The notes beneath the pieces are model-generated. The model worked only from the letters and a program-made list of their open reading frames with translations, was not told the origin of the DNA and did no database searches. This document shows positions 24,850 to 39,205 of a DNA stretch of 64,000 nucleotides, piece after piece. Source of the DNA: Azolla caroliniana (Eukaryota > Plantae > Polypodiophyta); NCBI GenBank assembly GCA_043228905.1, contig JBHGNT010000003.1, positions 19,592,001 to 19,656,000 on the forward strand, in the 5' to 3' direction. Made by a program: the position numbers and the translations under genes. The first letter of the stretch is position 1, and each line of letters begins with the position of its first letter.

Positions 24850-27409
24850 TCACTCCACTCCATCATCGACATGCTCGAACCTCAAATCAAGAGTTCTCAT
24901 TGTTTCAAGGGAATCTCCATATTGAATATTTCGAAGATTCTCACCATATTCTTGATATTCCGCCTTCACGCGTCGAACAGGTACAATGACAGAATATACC
25001 GTTCCCAAATCGGGATCTGCGGACACATTTAGTTGAACTTTCTCCTCTGATTCTATCTCAACAAAACTTGATAGTGCTCCCACAACATTGTTTACAATCT
25101 TTTGCTTAGCTACATCACTGATTTCACACCTATCAGATATCAAAATCATCTTCAACCTTTGCTTTGCTATCGCAGCATTCGATACGTGTTTCACAGTAGG
25201 CCCTGGGAAAAGGACCTTCCATGCTTGAATAAGCCTTTCGAAGAAATTACATTCTTCGTTCTCTTGATATAAACTTACACTTGGAATGTTGGTATAACCA
25301 CGTCGACTCGATCTACACTTCAAATTATAATTGCTAACTGCCAAACCATCATGTGACTCTGAAAGATATTTGAGCTTCCATACTTGTCCTGGAGCCTAAA
25401 TTGGTAAAAAACTGAAACTTTAGCACCAGAATGTAGGTTTATGTTGGAACTAAATCAATGTTCATTGTATTGATGCAAATAACATTAAAGATCTATGAAA
25501 AAAAAGAAAGCCCATTATTGAAGATGCAATAAACATGAATATACAGAGAACATTGAAGTGAAACATGGTTCCCATCGCAGTTGCCATTCAAACCATCTCC
25601 AGTGAAGTAAAACATATTACACACTACAGAACATTGGGTTGAAAGAGCTTTGTCTTTCATTAAGAATTCAACAAGATATTTTCCATATTGTTTTGACATT
25701 AGAACTATATTCATAATCAAGTTCCTATAAAGGTCAATTGTTAAGAGGGAAAGAACCTCCCTTCCCAATATTCATGCCATACTACATGAAGAATCACAAG
25801 CATGTGATTCCTCATTCAGCACTAAGATATTTTCATAAATACGAATATTGAACCAAAGGAGATCCTCCGCCATGACCCCAGGAAGGTTCATGGCAATAAA
25901 GTTCACTGGTATCCCTACTTATCATTATAGATTCAATGTGGGTAGATCTGATAAGTTATTTAATTTTTACGTTCAAACACTACCACTACCTACCACTATA
26001 CCATCAAGTCTAAACTTTAACCTTAGTCCTAGCATTCCTGTAAACGGCTCAAAATACACACCTCAAAATCATGAAGATGTGAAATACAACCATTATTAGT
26101 AGATTCTCCTATTGAAGTTTGAACACAAATGTCAAGTTATAAGAACCAAATGTCAGGCATTTCTTTCACAAACAGAGGAATCTGACATAAATACTCTTGT
26201 TTTGAAGAATACTAGAATTTCGAATCGTTAAGAACACATTTGAACAAACCCAATAATCTTTGGAAAGACAAAAAATGATAGATACAACCAAAAGGATATC
26301 CCGCATCAACTTAAAACAGCCAAACCAAGCCTTTGGCCAGGCAAAGCATGAGGATAGAGATGCCCCAGCCACAACTAATCCTCATTCTCTGCCTTAGCAT
26401 CTTTTCCTAATTCTTCTGCACAATTATCTTCTTTACACCATGCATGACAATATTCTGGTGATAATAAAACCCTCCCTATAATATGCACCGATGACCTTCA
26501 TGGTTTGAGTTCCATGGGTTTCATATAGAAAAGCTTGCAATTTAAACCAATACCTCTCAATCTTTAGTTAGTTGGATATCTGGAGGACCTTGGCTAGTGA
26601 AACCAAACACCAATTTGACTACTGGAGAAATTTCATATACATTAAGAAACACTTCCTTCAATCTAGAGAACCCACCTCCCCACATGGATTAGTAGTTCTA
26701 GCAGCCTCTCACACAGTTCATATTGGCCCTAGTGGAAGGTTCTATCACTCACATATATGCTCTAATTACCCTATCTAAGTTTAGATTTCTTGCGTTATTT
26801 TCCTGTCTTGTTTCTCTAGGTTTCATAGGTTAACATTTGTCCTTTCAAAATAATACGTTAAGTGTGCATATCTATTTCAAAATCTCATCTTTTGCAGTAT
26901 GTGGATAGCTGTTAATACTATATGGGGCTAAGCACATATTTTACTAAGCCAGACACATGGATGCAAAGATCACTAATGATCAGATGATTTTGTGGAAATG
27001 TACCAACTGAGCTACATCCATTTAGGCTCAAATCAAACTAACTGCAAGGTAACTTTGTGGAATATATCACATGAGCTACATCGCTTGTTTGGATTCTCTC
27101 TCTATCTCTGGTCATATATGGAAATTGGAAGACGGTAAGAAAAATCTATCTATCGATCTCAATGAGGCTCTCGCAACCCCACAAGAAAACCATGCAATCT
27201 GTCTAGCGATCAATCCCTATCGAAAGAGAGATTCATATGACCATAAAAAGGAAGGAGGCAACAAAGATCCATTGAAGAATCGATCGATCTCTCCTCTCTT
27301 CGTTTCTTACCGTGCTGCGTGAAGAAGGGAACAACAGAGCCGTTGTGTTGAGGAAGGGGAGACTGGATGTCGATGGGCATGGTGACGATGATGTGATATA
27401 AGCTTCCAT
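24850..27409 (-). CDS. MinE1: Plastid division protein MinE, two exons (27311-27409 and 24850-25395), 214 aa
   Basis: SNAAIAKQRLKMILISDR, VGALSSFVEIESEEKVQL, DLGTVYSVIVPVRRVK; Ser-rich transit-peptide exon ends at GTAAG donor; phase-0 intron with TTTAG acceptor keeps frame. Confidence 0.93.
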
Positions 27410-29314
27410 GGCTCCTCTGGCGAGATGCGAAGACGACACAAGAATGAGTTAGGGGGATGGATGAGATTTAGATCAAATTTGGGTACAGTGTTTTTCTTGT
27501 TTGGGGGTTGAGGGGGTCCAAAAGGGAAGTAAGAAGTGAGGGCACATAAATACATTAGAAAACTTACTACGGGGGCGCAGTTGTGGGCACGGGCACGGGT
27601 GCAGGGGACGCGGTCATGGGCAAAGGCACAGGCACATGCACAGGCGTGAGCATGGACATTGGCATGGGCAGGCTATCATTCTGTCTCCACCATGTCCCTG
27701 ATCACGATCATGGTCACTGCCATTGCCATTGCCCTAATCATGGTCATTATCATTGCCCTGAACTTGGTCGCATCCAATGATCATCAATGATGGTCATTGT
27801 CCTCCCCATCCATCCCTATCGCCCTCCTGCCCCTTGCCCTTGCCCATGTCCTTTGTCCCAACCTTTTTGCGTTACAACTGTAAATGTCGGTGTTGGTGTA
27901 TTTGTGTGGATTGTGTATGTGTCTTGTCTACATGTATGTTAAGGATCAAACTCAACTTCCCTAGTGTGGGAACACACCTTAGGAACACCCAAGTGTGTGA
28001 ACATCCCACCTCCTTTGTATCATAACTAATGTGTCATAGAAGTTAAATCCTATGACACATATTTAGTAGGTAGTTAAGTCTCCACCTCTTTTGTAAGAGA
28101 TGTTTATAGTGAGAGAATGTAGCATATGGTATTCGAATATGTGCGGAAATATGTATGAGGACCTGTCAAGAAATGCGCAACAAACAACACAGAAAAGAAT
28201 GAAGACAAGAAGATGGACACACTCTTAAGCTTTAATGGAAACTTTGTTATTTCTGTTCTCTCTGTCTCTCAGAGACTCATAATACAAGAGTGATCAAGAA
28301 GCTCTTTTGTTACAACGTTGGGTTATTTCTTATATACTAAGCACTAACTCTTTGGATTGTTCACACTAAGATACAAATTGGAAGGAGTCGGCCTTTTATG
28401 TCAACAAACTCCCCCATAAAAGGACTACTCTTTCTTATTACAATTGTATGGGGCCATCTCCCCCATGAACCTAGATTACAATTTTAATCTAGAGTTATTT
28501 CGGCATGTAGCCAAGTCGGCAGAGATATAGTCGGTATCTAGCTTGATTTGGCTAGTCATCCGGATCAGCTTGTCCGAATCTTGTAGTATCTTCAACTTAC
28601 CTTCTGCTCCTTGTTCGGCTTTCTTTTGCTCGGTCGCTTGTTGTAGTCCCATCTTTGTCCTCAGTGCTCTGAAGTGTTTATCTGGGAGTGGCTTTGTCAG
28701 GCAATCGGCGATGTTCACCTCAGTGTCGATCTTCCGAAGTTCAAGCTTCTTCTCGCTTATGAGCTCCTGGATATGATGATATTACACCTCAATATGCTTT
28801 TTCTTCGCATGATAGACAAGATTATTGATGAGGTGTATTGCGCTCTGTGAGTTGTAGTAGATGGTCGGCGCTGGATGGTCGATTTAGCTTGTTGTTGAGA
28901 AGTCGGTTGATAGTCGGTGCAACCAGATTGCTTCCATCACTACTTCTGATGCTGCTATGTACTCGGCCTCTATGGTTGACAAGGTCGTGCACTCTTGCAG
29001 CTTCGACCTCCATGATATGGCGTCACCGCCATAGGTGAAAACATAGCCTGATGTCGACTTCTGATTATCCTAATTCCCGACGTAGTCAGAGTCGGTGTAC
29101 CCTTCGACTTCGATCAGATTTGCCAATCCGAAAGTTAGTTGTGCATCTTCAGTCCCTCTTAAGTACTTGAAGATGTGCTTGACGGCCTCCCAATGCTTCC
29201 GTCCTGGGTTTGACATGTATCGGTTGACGACCCCCTATGCCAAAGGCAAGGTCGGGTCGAGTCGCCACCATCGCGTACATGATACTTCCTATGGCCGATG
29301 CATAGGGTATCTTT

Positions 29315-29915
29315 TGTCGAGGAATACGCGGAATAAACTCCGGCAACAACCGAAGGGTAAATCACTTTATACAGTCAAACACAGAAGAAATGGGAATGGA
29401 GGTAAGTGCACGAACAATCAAAAGAGAATACACAGGATATTAACATGGAAAACCCTGAGAGGGAAAAACCACGGGAGTCCACAGACTCCAAACTATCACT
29501 ATGTAAAGTAATACAATAGGGAGCACAGAGGCAACGACCTCTTGCTCACAATCTTCGCCTCACGGCGGTTACAAAAGAGACACAATCTTTGTATGTCGCT
29601 CTCTCTCTCTCTCTTACGCACTATACAGGAGTTACACGAATAACTCTATCATCATCATTATTAAGTTTGCCCTAGGTCATATTTATACTAATATGACTTT
29701 CGGGCTATCTACAAATATAGCCCCAGTGGGCTCTCTGGAACATATTTACATATATGTCCCTTCCATCCGATGAGAGGTTCTCACCGTGCCTGCAACATCC
29801 GGTTCTCACCGGGTCTTCCGTTGCCGGGTACTCCACATCCGGATTCGACCGAGGCCGAGTTGCTCATCAACACTGTTCTTCTCACTTCCCATCCGAAGGG
29901 ACCTGTTTCCTAACA
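29315..29915 (-). mobile_element. Copia solo LTR with TSD TCTTT
   Basis: TG...CA ends flanked by TCTTT; homologous to 5411-6078. Confidence 0.92.
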
Positions 29916-30540
29916 TCTTTCCATTAAGCTCTTTCTCCTCGTCTGTCAAAGGAGAGTCTTTGTCTGATAGTTGAATCGACGTCTGAAGCAGTGTTGGTGC
30001 TGGCTTGGAATTCTCTATGTTAAAGCGCTTCATCACTTTGCAGATGTAGTCAAACTGGGAGAGTCGGAGAGTCTTTGTCTTCCGATTTTGCTCTATCCTC
30101 ATGCCTAGTATCTGTCAGGCTTGTCCAAGTTCCTTCATCGCAAACTTATCGTGAATGCTCTGCTTTAGCTTTCCAATCTCTGCTCAATTGCTCCCTACAA
30201 TGAGCATGTCGTCGACGTATAGGATCAAATAGATCCGAGACTCGTCGGCCAGTTACCGAGTATATAAACATGGGTCGGAGTTAGATCGGTGATATCCAAG
30301 CTACTTGATGTAAGAGTCAAACTTTTGGTATCACATCCTCAGTGCTTGTTTTAGGCCATATACGCTTTTCTACAGTCAACATACGAGGTGTTTTTCCTCC
30401 CCTATCGCGGAGAAGTCTGCCGGTTGGGACATGTAGATGTCCTCGTCCACATCTCCGTGTAGGAATGCCGTCTTTACATACACCTACTTGAGTTCTAGGT
30501 CTTCTATCACCACGAGCCCGAGTAAGAATCGAAGGGTGCT

Positions 30541-33500
30541 CATCTCTCACTCACTCACTCTTTCCTTCTCTCTAGAGTTCTACACCTCCCTTAGCACTAA
30601 TCCTCATCTTTTAGTACTAATTCCTTCTCTGTCTTAGTACTATTCCTGACAATACTTCTTTGTCTTAATACTATTCCTGACAATACTTCTCTGTCTTAGT
30701 ACTGTTTCAGACACTTTGAACCGATTTTCCTTTACTAAACAATTTTGAAGAGTTTTTAAGTGAGTTTAAAGCCTGTTCTGGAGATGCTGACAACATAAGG
30801 ACATCAATCAACAAAATCCGACGATTATGTCAAGGTGATGGTCCAGCCTCTACATACGTTGCAGATTTCCGCCTACTCGCCTCCGATATCCCCTGGGATG
30901 ACCAAGCACTTATGGAGTAATTTCGTTATGGTCTACATAACGATGTCAAGGATTTACTCTTGACCTTCCACGAAGAATCAAAGTCATTGACAGAAGCAAT
31001 CAGTCGCGCGGTGAGATGCGACAACCATCTTTTTGAACGATGTTCAGAACATCAGTTCCAGATGCCAAGGGCAAAATCAAAGCCCACCTACGCCTCAGTG
31101 GTAACAAAACCTTTTCCAAGGGAGTCATATAATGTGTCTCTAGTGAATACTCCAACTCCGATGGAAATTGACACTACACGTCGTCGCGGACCATTATCGG
31201 AAGAAGAAAAGCAACGACGTCGAGCAAATCGACTATGTCTTTATTGCGGTGGACCAAGACATATTGCAATGAACTGTCCCCATAGGCCAAGAAAACAAGT
31301 GAACCAAATAGTTGCTAGTTCTAATTGTACTAAACCCGAGTCTATTTCAGTAGGAATATCTGATAGTCCTAATAGTACTAATAGCCCAAATCTATCAAAC
31401 AAATTTGATGTCCTTAGTTAGTTAGAAGAAGAGTTAAACGACTAAGTTCAACCAAAATAGGAGTCGTTTGGTTGGACAGCCCTAGATCTGTGCAACCCAT
31501 TAGTGGTTCCATTCCCTCTAAGCAAGTTAGCAATGTGTTCTTAGCCCAAGTAACAGTTAGTACTAAAATAACCTCTCCAGTACATGTCTCAGCACTCCTA
31601 GATTCTAGAGCTAATTCTTGCTTCATGGATAGGAATTTTGCCCAAGCTCATCAGATATCCCTAAGAAAACTCCTCTGTCCAGCCTCTTTAGTAGTCATTG
31701 ATGGTCGTCGCATTGCTTCCGGAAATATCATACAAGAGTCAGAGCCCGTTAATATTGTCCTAGATAATTTAACGTGTGTAGTATCCTTTAATATAATTAG
31801 TATCCCAGAACATCCCACTGTTTTGGGATTACCATGGTTCGAATTACATAACCTAGACATAGATTGGAGATTCACAAGAGAAATCCGGTATCAACAAACC
31901 TGAGGATCTACTCATAAGATTGCAACCATTTCACTACATCAGTTGCGTGAGGAAGGACGCAAGGAAGAAATGTTTCTCTTCGCAGTATCAATAAAACCCT
32001 CCAACACCACTAAAGAGGAGTCCATCGTTCAACTTCCAGAGAAGTATCGTCATTATGCTGATGTGTTCGATAAAGTACAAGCCAATACGCTTCCTCACCA
32101 TCGACCGTATGATTGCCCCATCAATTTACAACCAGGAAAAGAGCCGCCATGTGGACCAATCTACAATTTGTCACCAACCGAGCTAGAAGTCCTTCAAGCC
32201 TATATAGAGGAGAATTTGGCAAATGGTTTCATTCAACATTCGAAATCTCCAACCGGCGCACCCATTTTCTTCGTCAAGAAAAAGGATGGATCACTTCGTC
32301 TCGTTGTAGATTATCGTGGCTTGAATAAGGTCACCATCAAGAATAGGTATGCACTTCCCCTTATCTCAAGTCATTTAGAACAGATCAATGGTGCAAGGTT
32401 CTTCACAAAGATCAACTTACGAGGAGCATATAACCTCGTACGGATCCGACCAGGAGATGAATGGAAGACCGTGTTTCGCACCAAATATGGGCACTTCGAG
32501 TATATGATCATGCCATTCGGCCTCACTAATGCGCTAGCGGTTTTCCAGCACATGGCAAATGATATATTCCGAGATCTCTTGGATGTTTGTTTGATCATCT
32601 ATTTGGATGATCTACTGGTTTATTCGAAGACCCAAGAAGAGCATGATTCGCATGTACTGTTAGTACTAAAATGACTTCGAGAACATGGGCTTTATGCAAA
32701 GCTGGAAAAATGTAGTTTCGAGTGCAACCAGGTAGAATTTCTGGGCTATGTCATTTCCTCGGAAGGCATTTCCATGGATCCAACTAAGGTCAAAACGGTG
32801 GTAGAGTGGCAGACTCCGCGTTCGTTGCGAGATGTGCAATGCTTTTTAGGCTTTGCCAATTTCTACCGCAAGTTTATACAGGATTACTCAAAGCTTGTTC
32901 GGCCTCTCACACAACTCATCAAGAAGGGACACTCGTTCGTTTGGTCGAAAGAAGCAAACATGGCTTTTGAGAGTCTTAAGAAGGCATTTACATTAGCTCC
33001 TATTCTAGCTCATGCTGATCTGGAAAAACCATTCATCATCGAAGCAGACGCATCAGATTTCACGTTGGGTAACATTCTCTCACAACAAAGCGATGATGAA
33101 AAGCTCCATCTTGTGGCTTTCCACTCACACAAGTTTGACATCGTCGAAATCAACTATGAAATTCATGATAAGCAATTATTAGCAATAGTGGACTCTTTTA
33201 CACAATGGAGGCATTTTCTAGAGGGGTCTTCTCATCAACTCACCGCATTCAATGATCATAAAAACCTTGCCTCTTTCAGAATGCTCGTGTGTTAAATCGA
33301 CGTCAAGCTCGGTGGGCCCAATTCCTCACTCGTTTCGACTTCAAAATTACATATCGTCCGGGGAAGCAACAAGGGAAGGCAGATGCATTATCACGGCGCT
33401 CGTATCTAGCACCGCGTCCTGGCGAGCCAGCTTTTGATAACCAAAAGCAAGTAATCCTAGGACCAGCACGACTGCAAGCAACGTAGATCTTCAATATGCC

Positions 33501-35420
33501 CTTGGATTCCCACATTATTGATACCATACGTGAGGACTTGAAGATAGATGCTTTCGCCCAAGCCATTCTAGCACAAATTTATCCCTCTCGAGCATCTTGT
33601 TCACAGTCGCAACAACCAGGTGCGTACTATCGACAATTCGAATGTCATGATTGATTACTATTCTATAAGAAACTCTTGTATGTTCCTAATGGTTCTTGTC
33701 GACTTCGAGTAGTCCAAAACTGTCATGACACATATACAGTTGGGCATTTTGGTAGTACTCAAACATTAGATTTAGTACAACGATCATTCTGGTAGCCCCA
33801 TATGCGACAATTTGTCAAAGATTTTGTTCGGACTTGTGATACATGTTGCAGAGCAAAAATGCTAAGGCATCATCCATATGGTTTATTAGAACCATTACCA
33901 ATTCCAAGCAAGCCGTGGCAATCCATTGCTCTAGATTTCATCACAAATCTTCCGGTCTCTAAGGGATTCGATGCAATCTTAACAGTAGTAAATCGATATA
34001 CGAAGATGACCCATTTCCTACCATGTACTAAGGAAATCTCCAGTGACGAAACCGCCGAAACTATCATGCATGAAGTATGTCGGCATCATGGCATTCCCGA
34101 TAGTATCATCAGCGATCGTGGACCCCAATTCGTCTCGATTCTAGAAGCACCTCTTTAAAATGCTCAAGGTCACTTGTAACCTCTCCTCCGGCTACCACCC
34201 GCAAACAGACAGCCAAGCATAATGAACAAATCAAACCTTGGAGCAGTATCTGTGGTGCTTTCTAAGCTATCATCAAGATGACTGGGCAGATATTCTCCAC
34301 TTCGCCGAATTTGCGTATAATAACTCTGTCCACTCATCGACAAAGGTTACACCATTTTATGCTTATACGGGCTGTCATCCCCAGTGTTGTGTATTTGAAA
34401 CCCCAGAGTTACCCACAAATCCTTGTGCAGAGGATCGTTTGGAGCGGTTATGCAAGATATAAGCGGATTTATCTACTCATCTACAGCAAGCTCAACAAAC
34501 ACACAAGGTTTACGCGGATCGTCATCGGTTTCCATCCTGTTGTAACATTTTAGATCGGGTATGGCTACTACGACGACACATCAAGACTACTCGCCCATGC
34601 GAGAAGTTGGATTATCCGTGATTAGGTCCTTTCCGTATTATCGGAAAAATTAATGATGTCGCTTTTTGTCTTGATTTACCTCCACAACTTCGGATACATC
34701 CGGTGTTTCATAGTTCTCTCCTCGAACCCTATCAAGACAGCACCATCCCAGGTCGTATTAAACAACCTCCACCCCCGATCGAACTTGAAGATGGGACCTA
34801 AGTATGAGGTTGCCGCCATCCTTGATTCCAAGATTGTTCGCAACAAGCTCCTACTATTTAGTCGATTGGCTAGGATATAGTCCCAACGAGCGTACTTGGG
34901 AACCAATAGAGAATGTGACCAATGCTCATGCTCTTCTTGAAGACTTCCATCATCAATATCCAAACAAACCTCGTGACACTCGTCATTTTAAAGGGGGGAT
35001 AGTGTCATGATATGGCAAGACTCGAACCCATGACCTTATGTTACATGGGTCGAGCTCACGAAGGATATTATTTTCATTTAATTTTTACTATAGAAAATTG
35101 ATGTATATTCCAGATTTCTCTGGAACATTCTAGAAACTTCAGGAGTACTCCTGAGAACACTATAAAAGAAGGCACAAGGCATTATTTCGAACCCAATTGG
35201 TTCAACGTCAGTCTTAAGCCTCCTAGCTACTATTGTATATTCTCTTAACATAATATATATCTTTTTTTATCATCATTCTCTCTCTCGCTCACTCACTCTT
35301 TCCTTCTCTCGAGAGTTCTACACCTCCCTTAGTACTAATCCTCATCTTTTAGTACTCATTCCTTCTCTATCTTAGTACTGTTCCTGACAATACTTCTCTG
35401 TCTTAGTACTGTTCCTAAAA
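30541..35420 (+). mobile_element. Ty3/gypsy chromovirus (Tcn1-like), degenerate gag-PR-RT-RH-INT-chromodomain
   Basis: [20 protein letters not shown] and SDRGPQF integrase, GPF/Y region, chromodomain; PPT 34990-35002; 3' LTR 35003-35389; partial 5' LTR 30541-30713. Confidence 0.95.
34790..34970 (+). pseudogene. Integrase C-terminal chromodomain (frameshifted)
   Basis: YEVAAILDSKIVRNKL/YYLVDWLGYSPNERTWEPIENV. Confidence 0.9.
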
Positions 35421-37510
35421 ATTTGCAAGGTACCGGCTTTCTTCCTACTTGTAGTTTGACCAACTCCCATGTTTGATTCTAGCGAATCGAGTCCATCTCG
35501 GATTGCATGGCTTGTAGCCATGTATTGGTGTCCGGTGCGGTTATAGCTTCTTCGTAAGTACTTGGTTCGCTTGCATCCGTGTAGTTGACTTAGTCGAGGC
35601 CCAGTTGATAAAACTCTGGAGGCCATCAGACTCGTCCGGATCTCCTGAGTGCCGATTTTGTCAGTTCGATTTCTGTAGTAGACTCGATCAGCCGATTGGT
35701 ATAGCTTGAACCGCTTATGTTAGGAGTCTTGGTGATGACTCGCCCTGGTAATAGGAGTGCCACGATGTCACTTCACTCTCCCCTGCTTTGCGATCAATTG
35801 ATTTGAAGAGAGGGGTCTTAATCAACTCATGTATCCTCTTCTGAAGCCTTCCACACTCATATACAATTGGGGCTTAATTGTTAGTGTTTGCATGTATCTT
35901 GCCACGTGTCATACATGTAACACTTCAACCACTTTCCTTTGCAACTCTTCTATTTGGGTATGAAGACGGTTGATTCTATCCACGACCCCTTCTAGACATT
36001 TGTAGCACTTCGAGCAAGCTTTCTAAAGAACATTTATTCATTGAACTCCAATATTACCTTGAAATATTATGGCCAAAACATTGACTTCCTATTGTAAAGG
36101 CACTCTTTGACTATGTCACATCAACTCACCTTGATTCTTCAAATTTACCTTCAACCAAAGCATCCATCACCATGCATAAAGTGTCATAACAAGCTTGTAT
36201 CCATATTTTACTAGCTTTTAGACACTTTGTTGAGCACAAGTATTTACAACACAACACCGTCAATCGGTATAAGGCCCGGCTTGTGGCAAAGATGATAACC
36301 ATTCGAACTGTGATCGCCCTTGCAGTAGCCATAGGGTGGCACCTCCACCAAATGGATGTAAAGAACGCTAAGTTTCTTCAAGGTGAATTAGAGGAAGAGG
36401 TGTACATGGTACAACCACCCAGTTTCCAGTCGAGAACACACCCGCAAGCGGTGTACCGGCTCAAAAAGCCTCTCTACGGTCTCAAGCAGGCACCGAGAGC
36501 ATGGCATTCAAAGATAACCCACTATCTTAAACAAATCGACTTCAAAATGTCCAAGTTCGACAATTCTTTGTTCATCCGGAGCGACTCCAGAGGTCATGTA
36601 TTTATCATAATAAATGTGGATGACTTAGTCATTGGAGGAGAGCACATAGCAGATATCGAACATATCAAAAAGATACTCTCCAACCAATTCAAAATGAAGG
36701 ACATGAAGGAGTTCCATTACTTTCTAGGTTTAGAAGTAATTCAGGCTCCTGGCGGCATCATGGCCTCCCAACGTCACTATATCCTCAATCTTCTTTACAA
36801 CTTTGGGATGACAGAGTGTAAGCCCGTCGCTACCCTCTCGATTGAAATCTAAGACTAGATGTTGATTCTGGCATGGAATAGTGTGAGCCGACTTTCTATC
36901 GTCAGCTAGTCGGAAGCCTTATCTATGTCACCATTATTCAGCCCGTCCTCAGTTATCCGGTCGGCCTCATTAGCCAGTTTATGCAGACACCACGGAACAT
37001 TCACTTGGACTGTGTTAAGCGATTGTTACAATATGTAAGTGGGACAATGGATTTCGGCATTCTCTACAAATTGGCCACACCGATTCAACTTGAAGGGTAC
37101 ACCGATGCTAATTGGGCCAGTTACAAAGCCAACAGACGTTCAACGTCGGGACTCGTCTTCTAACTTAGCAACGGAGCCATATCGTGGAGTAGTGAGAACC
37201 AACTATCCACCGATCAAAAGTTGTGTTTGAGGGGGCATGTTGAGAATCAAACTCAACTTCCCTAGTGTGGGTAGGAACACCCAAGTCTGTGAACATCCCA
37301 CCTCCTTTGTATCATAACTAATGTGTCATAGAAGTTAAGTCCTATGAAATATATGTAGTAGGTAGTTAAGTCTTCACCTCTTTTGTAAGAGATGGTTGAG
37401 TGAGAGAACATAGAGAGAAGGTGACTACATAAGCACCTTCTCCTCCTCTTTGTAATGGTCGGTTCATTCTTGTTCTAGTTAGTATAGATTTCTTGTTTTC
37501 TGTATACATC

Positions 37511-37550
<40 letters not shown>

Positions 37551-38675
37551 GACACACACACACACACACACACACACACATTTCTCTTCCGTTGCACAGA
37601 ATTATATCTGATTCTTTACAATGTACATGTTTCTAGTATTCTATAATAACGCTACAAGTTTATTTGCTTTCCAAGTCTATGTGATCTCACAAGAATGCCA
37701 ACCTTCATGTACGATTTTGCAACGTATCTCGAGAATTCATTAGTTGTACTAACTAAGCCCTAGTGACTTTTTGTGAAAGAGTGTGGGGTGGTTGTGTGTG
37801 TGTGTGTGTGCATTCTATAGGGCTACGTATTCATATGTTCCCAAGTCTACAAGATCGTAAAATGATACGCCAATTACTCCTTTAATTGCCCAATAACCAA
37901 CATCATCACAGGCTTAAGTGTACCTAATCACATAAAAAGTTGTAGCTAGAATATCATCAATCCAAGTCAACCAACATGGTTTTTTTAATCTCAAATCAAA
38001 CCTTCATGTGGTTCTACATACATATTTCAAGAAAAGGTTTGTTAATTATTTGTTTTGATAGGAAACTCCACAATTTCATAATGAATCAAACCATGGGTTG
38101 AGTCAAGAAATTGCTTTCATGTGTTAGATACAACCAATCATTGTTCTAATAAAAAGATCGATGCAAACAAACAAATTTTCTATTCACTATCCCTTAATTT
38201 GCATAATTATCGACTTATCAAACAAATTGGTCGATAGGATTATTAGGTCTTAAGTTTCACCCTATGTAAGATTTCGCATTCATGTACTAACAATTTTCTA
38301 TTAGTCATGAATTGTTTGCTAGTCTGGATCACGTGTATTGTGTAAGGATTATAGTTCTTGCATTCTCCACACATACAATACTAGAGAATACTACCTCAAA
38401 TGTAAGATTTTGCAATGGTGTTTCAAAAAAATTGTTATCTGTGTTGGCAAACCTTGATTCCTTTGAGCATAATGCTCCAAGTTTCAATTGGAAGTATGAT
38501 ATAGTGAACTCCATGCCGAATCCAAATTCCATTGGTATCCATTGCATTTTCAAAAGCCTAGTCACAAGTAATGTGTCCTTATTTGCCCATTTTTTTGTCT
38601 TTGGACACATCCTTAACCTTAGTTTTACGATGGGCCTTTTGTTGTGTGTGTATGAGAGAGAGAGAGAGAGAGAGA

Positions 38676-38723
<48 letters not shown>

Positions 38724-39148
38724 ACACAAGGCAAGAACTTACATTAACAAATGGGGAAGATAACAATGATAAAAGCATTCCGAATCAAACATAACAATCT
38801 ATTCCAGTCAATACACAATCGACAATTTATACAAGAGTGGGCTTGGTTTATAAAACTTTGTCTTCCCACTATCTTGTAATTTCTTTAAGTGTTGCTACTT
38901 AGCACAATGAGTGTGGGTAGGATAGGAGATATACATTACATTGATTATAACAAGAAATTTTGATACCTATGACAAAGGTAGTTACATTCTTATGATAAAT
39001 GGTATAACGAGGTAGTCTTAATTGCAGGCATGTAACCCACCATGAGTGTGTTTACACACAAGGCAAACAATTGAGCTTATTATATCAACTGTTTTTCATG
39101 CATTAAAATAACAAAACAATTATGCATAAATACTACAAATTTATCGTG

Positions 39149-39205
<57 letters not shown>

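Larger units (their letters stand above)
28164..35800 (-). mobile_element. Nested degenerate copia element (RT-RNase H and 3' LTR 28164-28406)
   Basis: IADCLTKPL, PYASAIGSIMYAM, YVDDML at 28476-30540; RT N-terminus (AMQSEMDS..NQTWELV) resumes at 35421-35520; PPT-like tracts near 28409 and 28457. Confidence 0.85.
27937..37620 (+). mobile_element. Degenerate Ty1/copia host element with TSD ATGTA
   Basis: 5' LTR remnant 27937 to about 28116 matches 3' LTR 37238-37620; PPT 37229-37237; RT remnant 36260-37200 (HQMDVKNA, LYGLKQAPRAW); ATGTA on both sides. Confidence 0.9.

Noticed and set aside
24850-25344. MinE as bacterial contamination or recent HGT
   Set aside because: Has a spliceosomal intron and transit-peptide exon; standard nuclear gene of endosymbiotic origin
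38312-38794. 150-160 aa ORFs on both strands
   Set aside because: No recognisable domain, partly microsatellite, no supported splice structure
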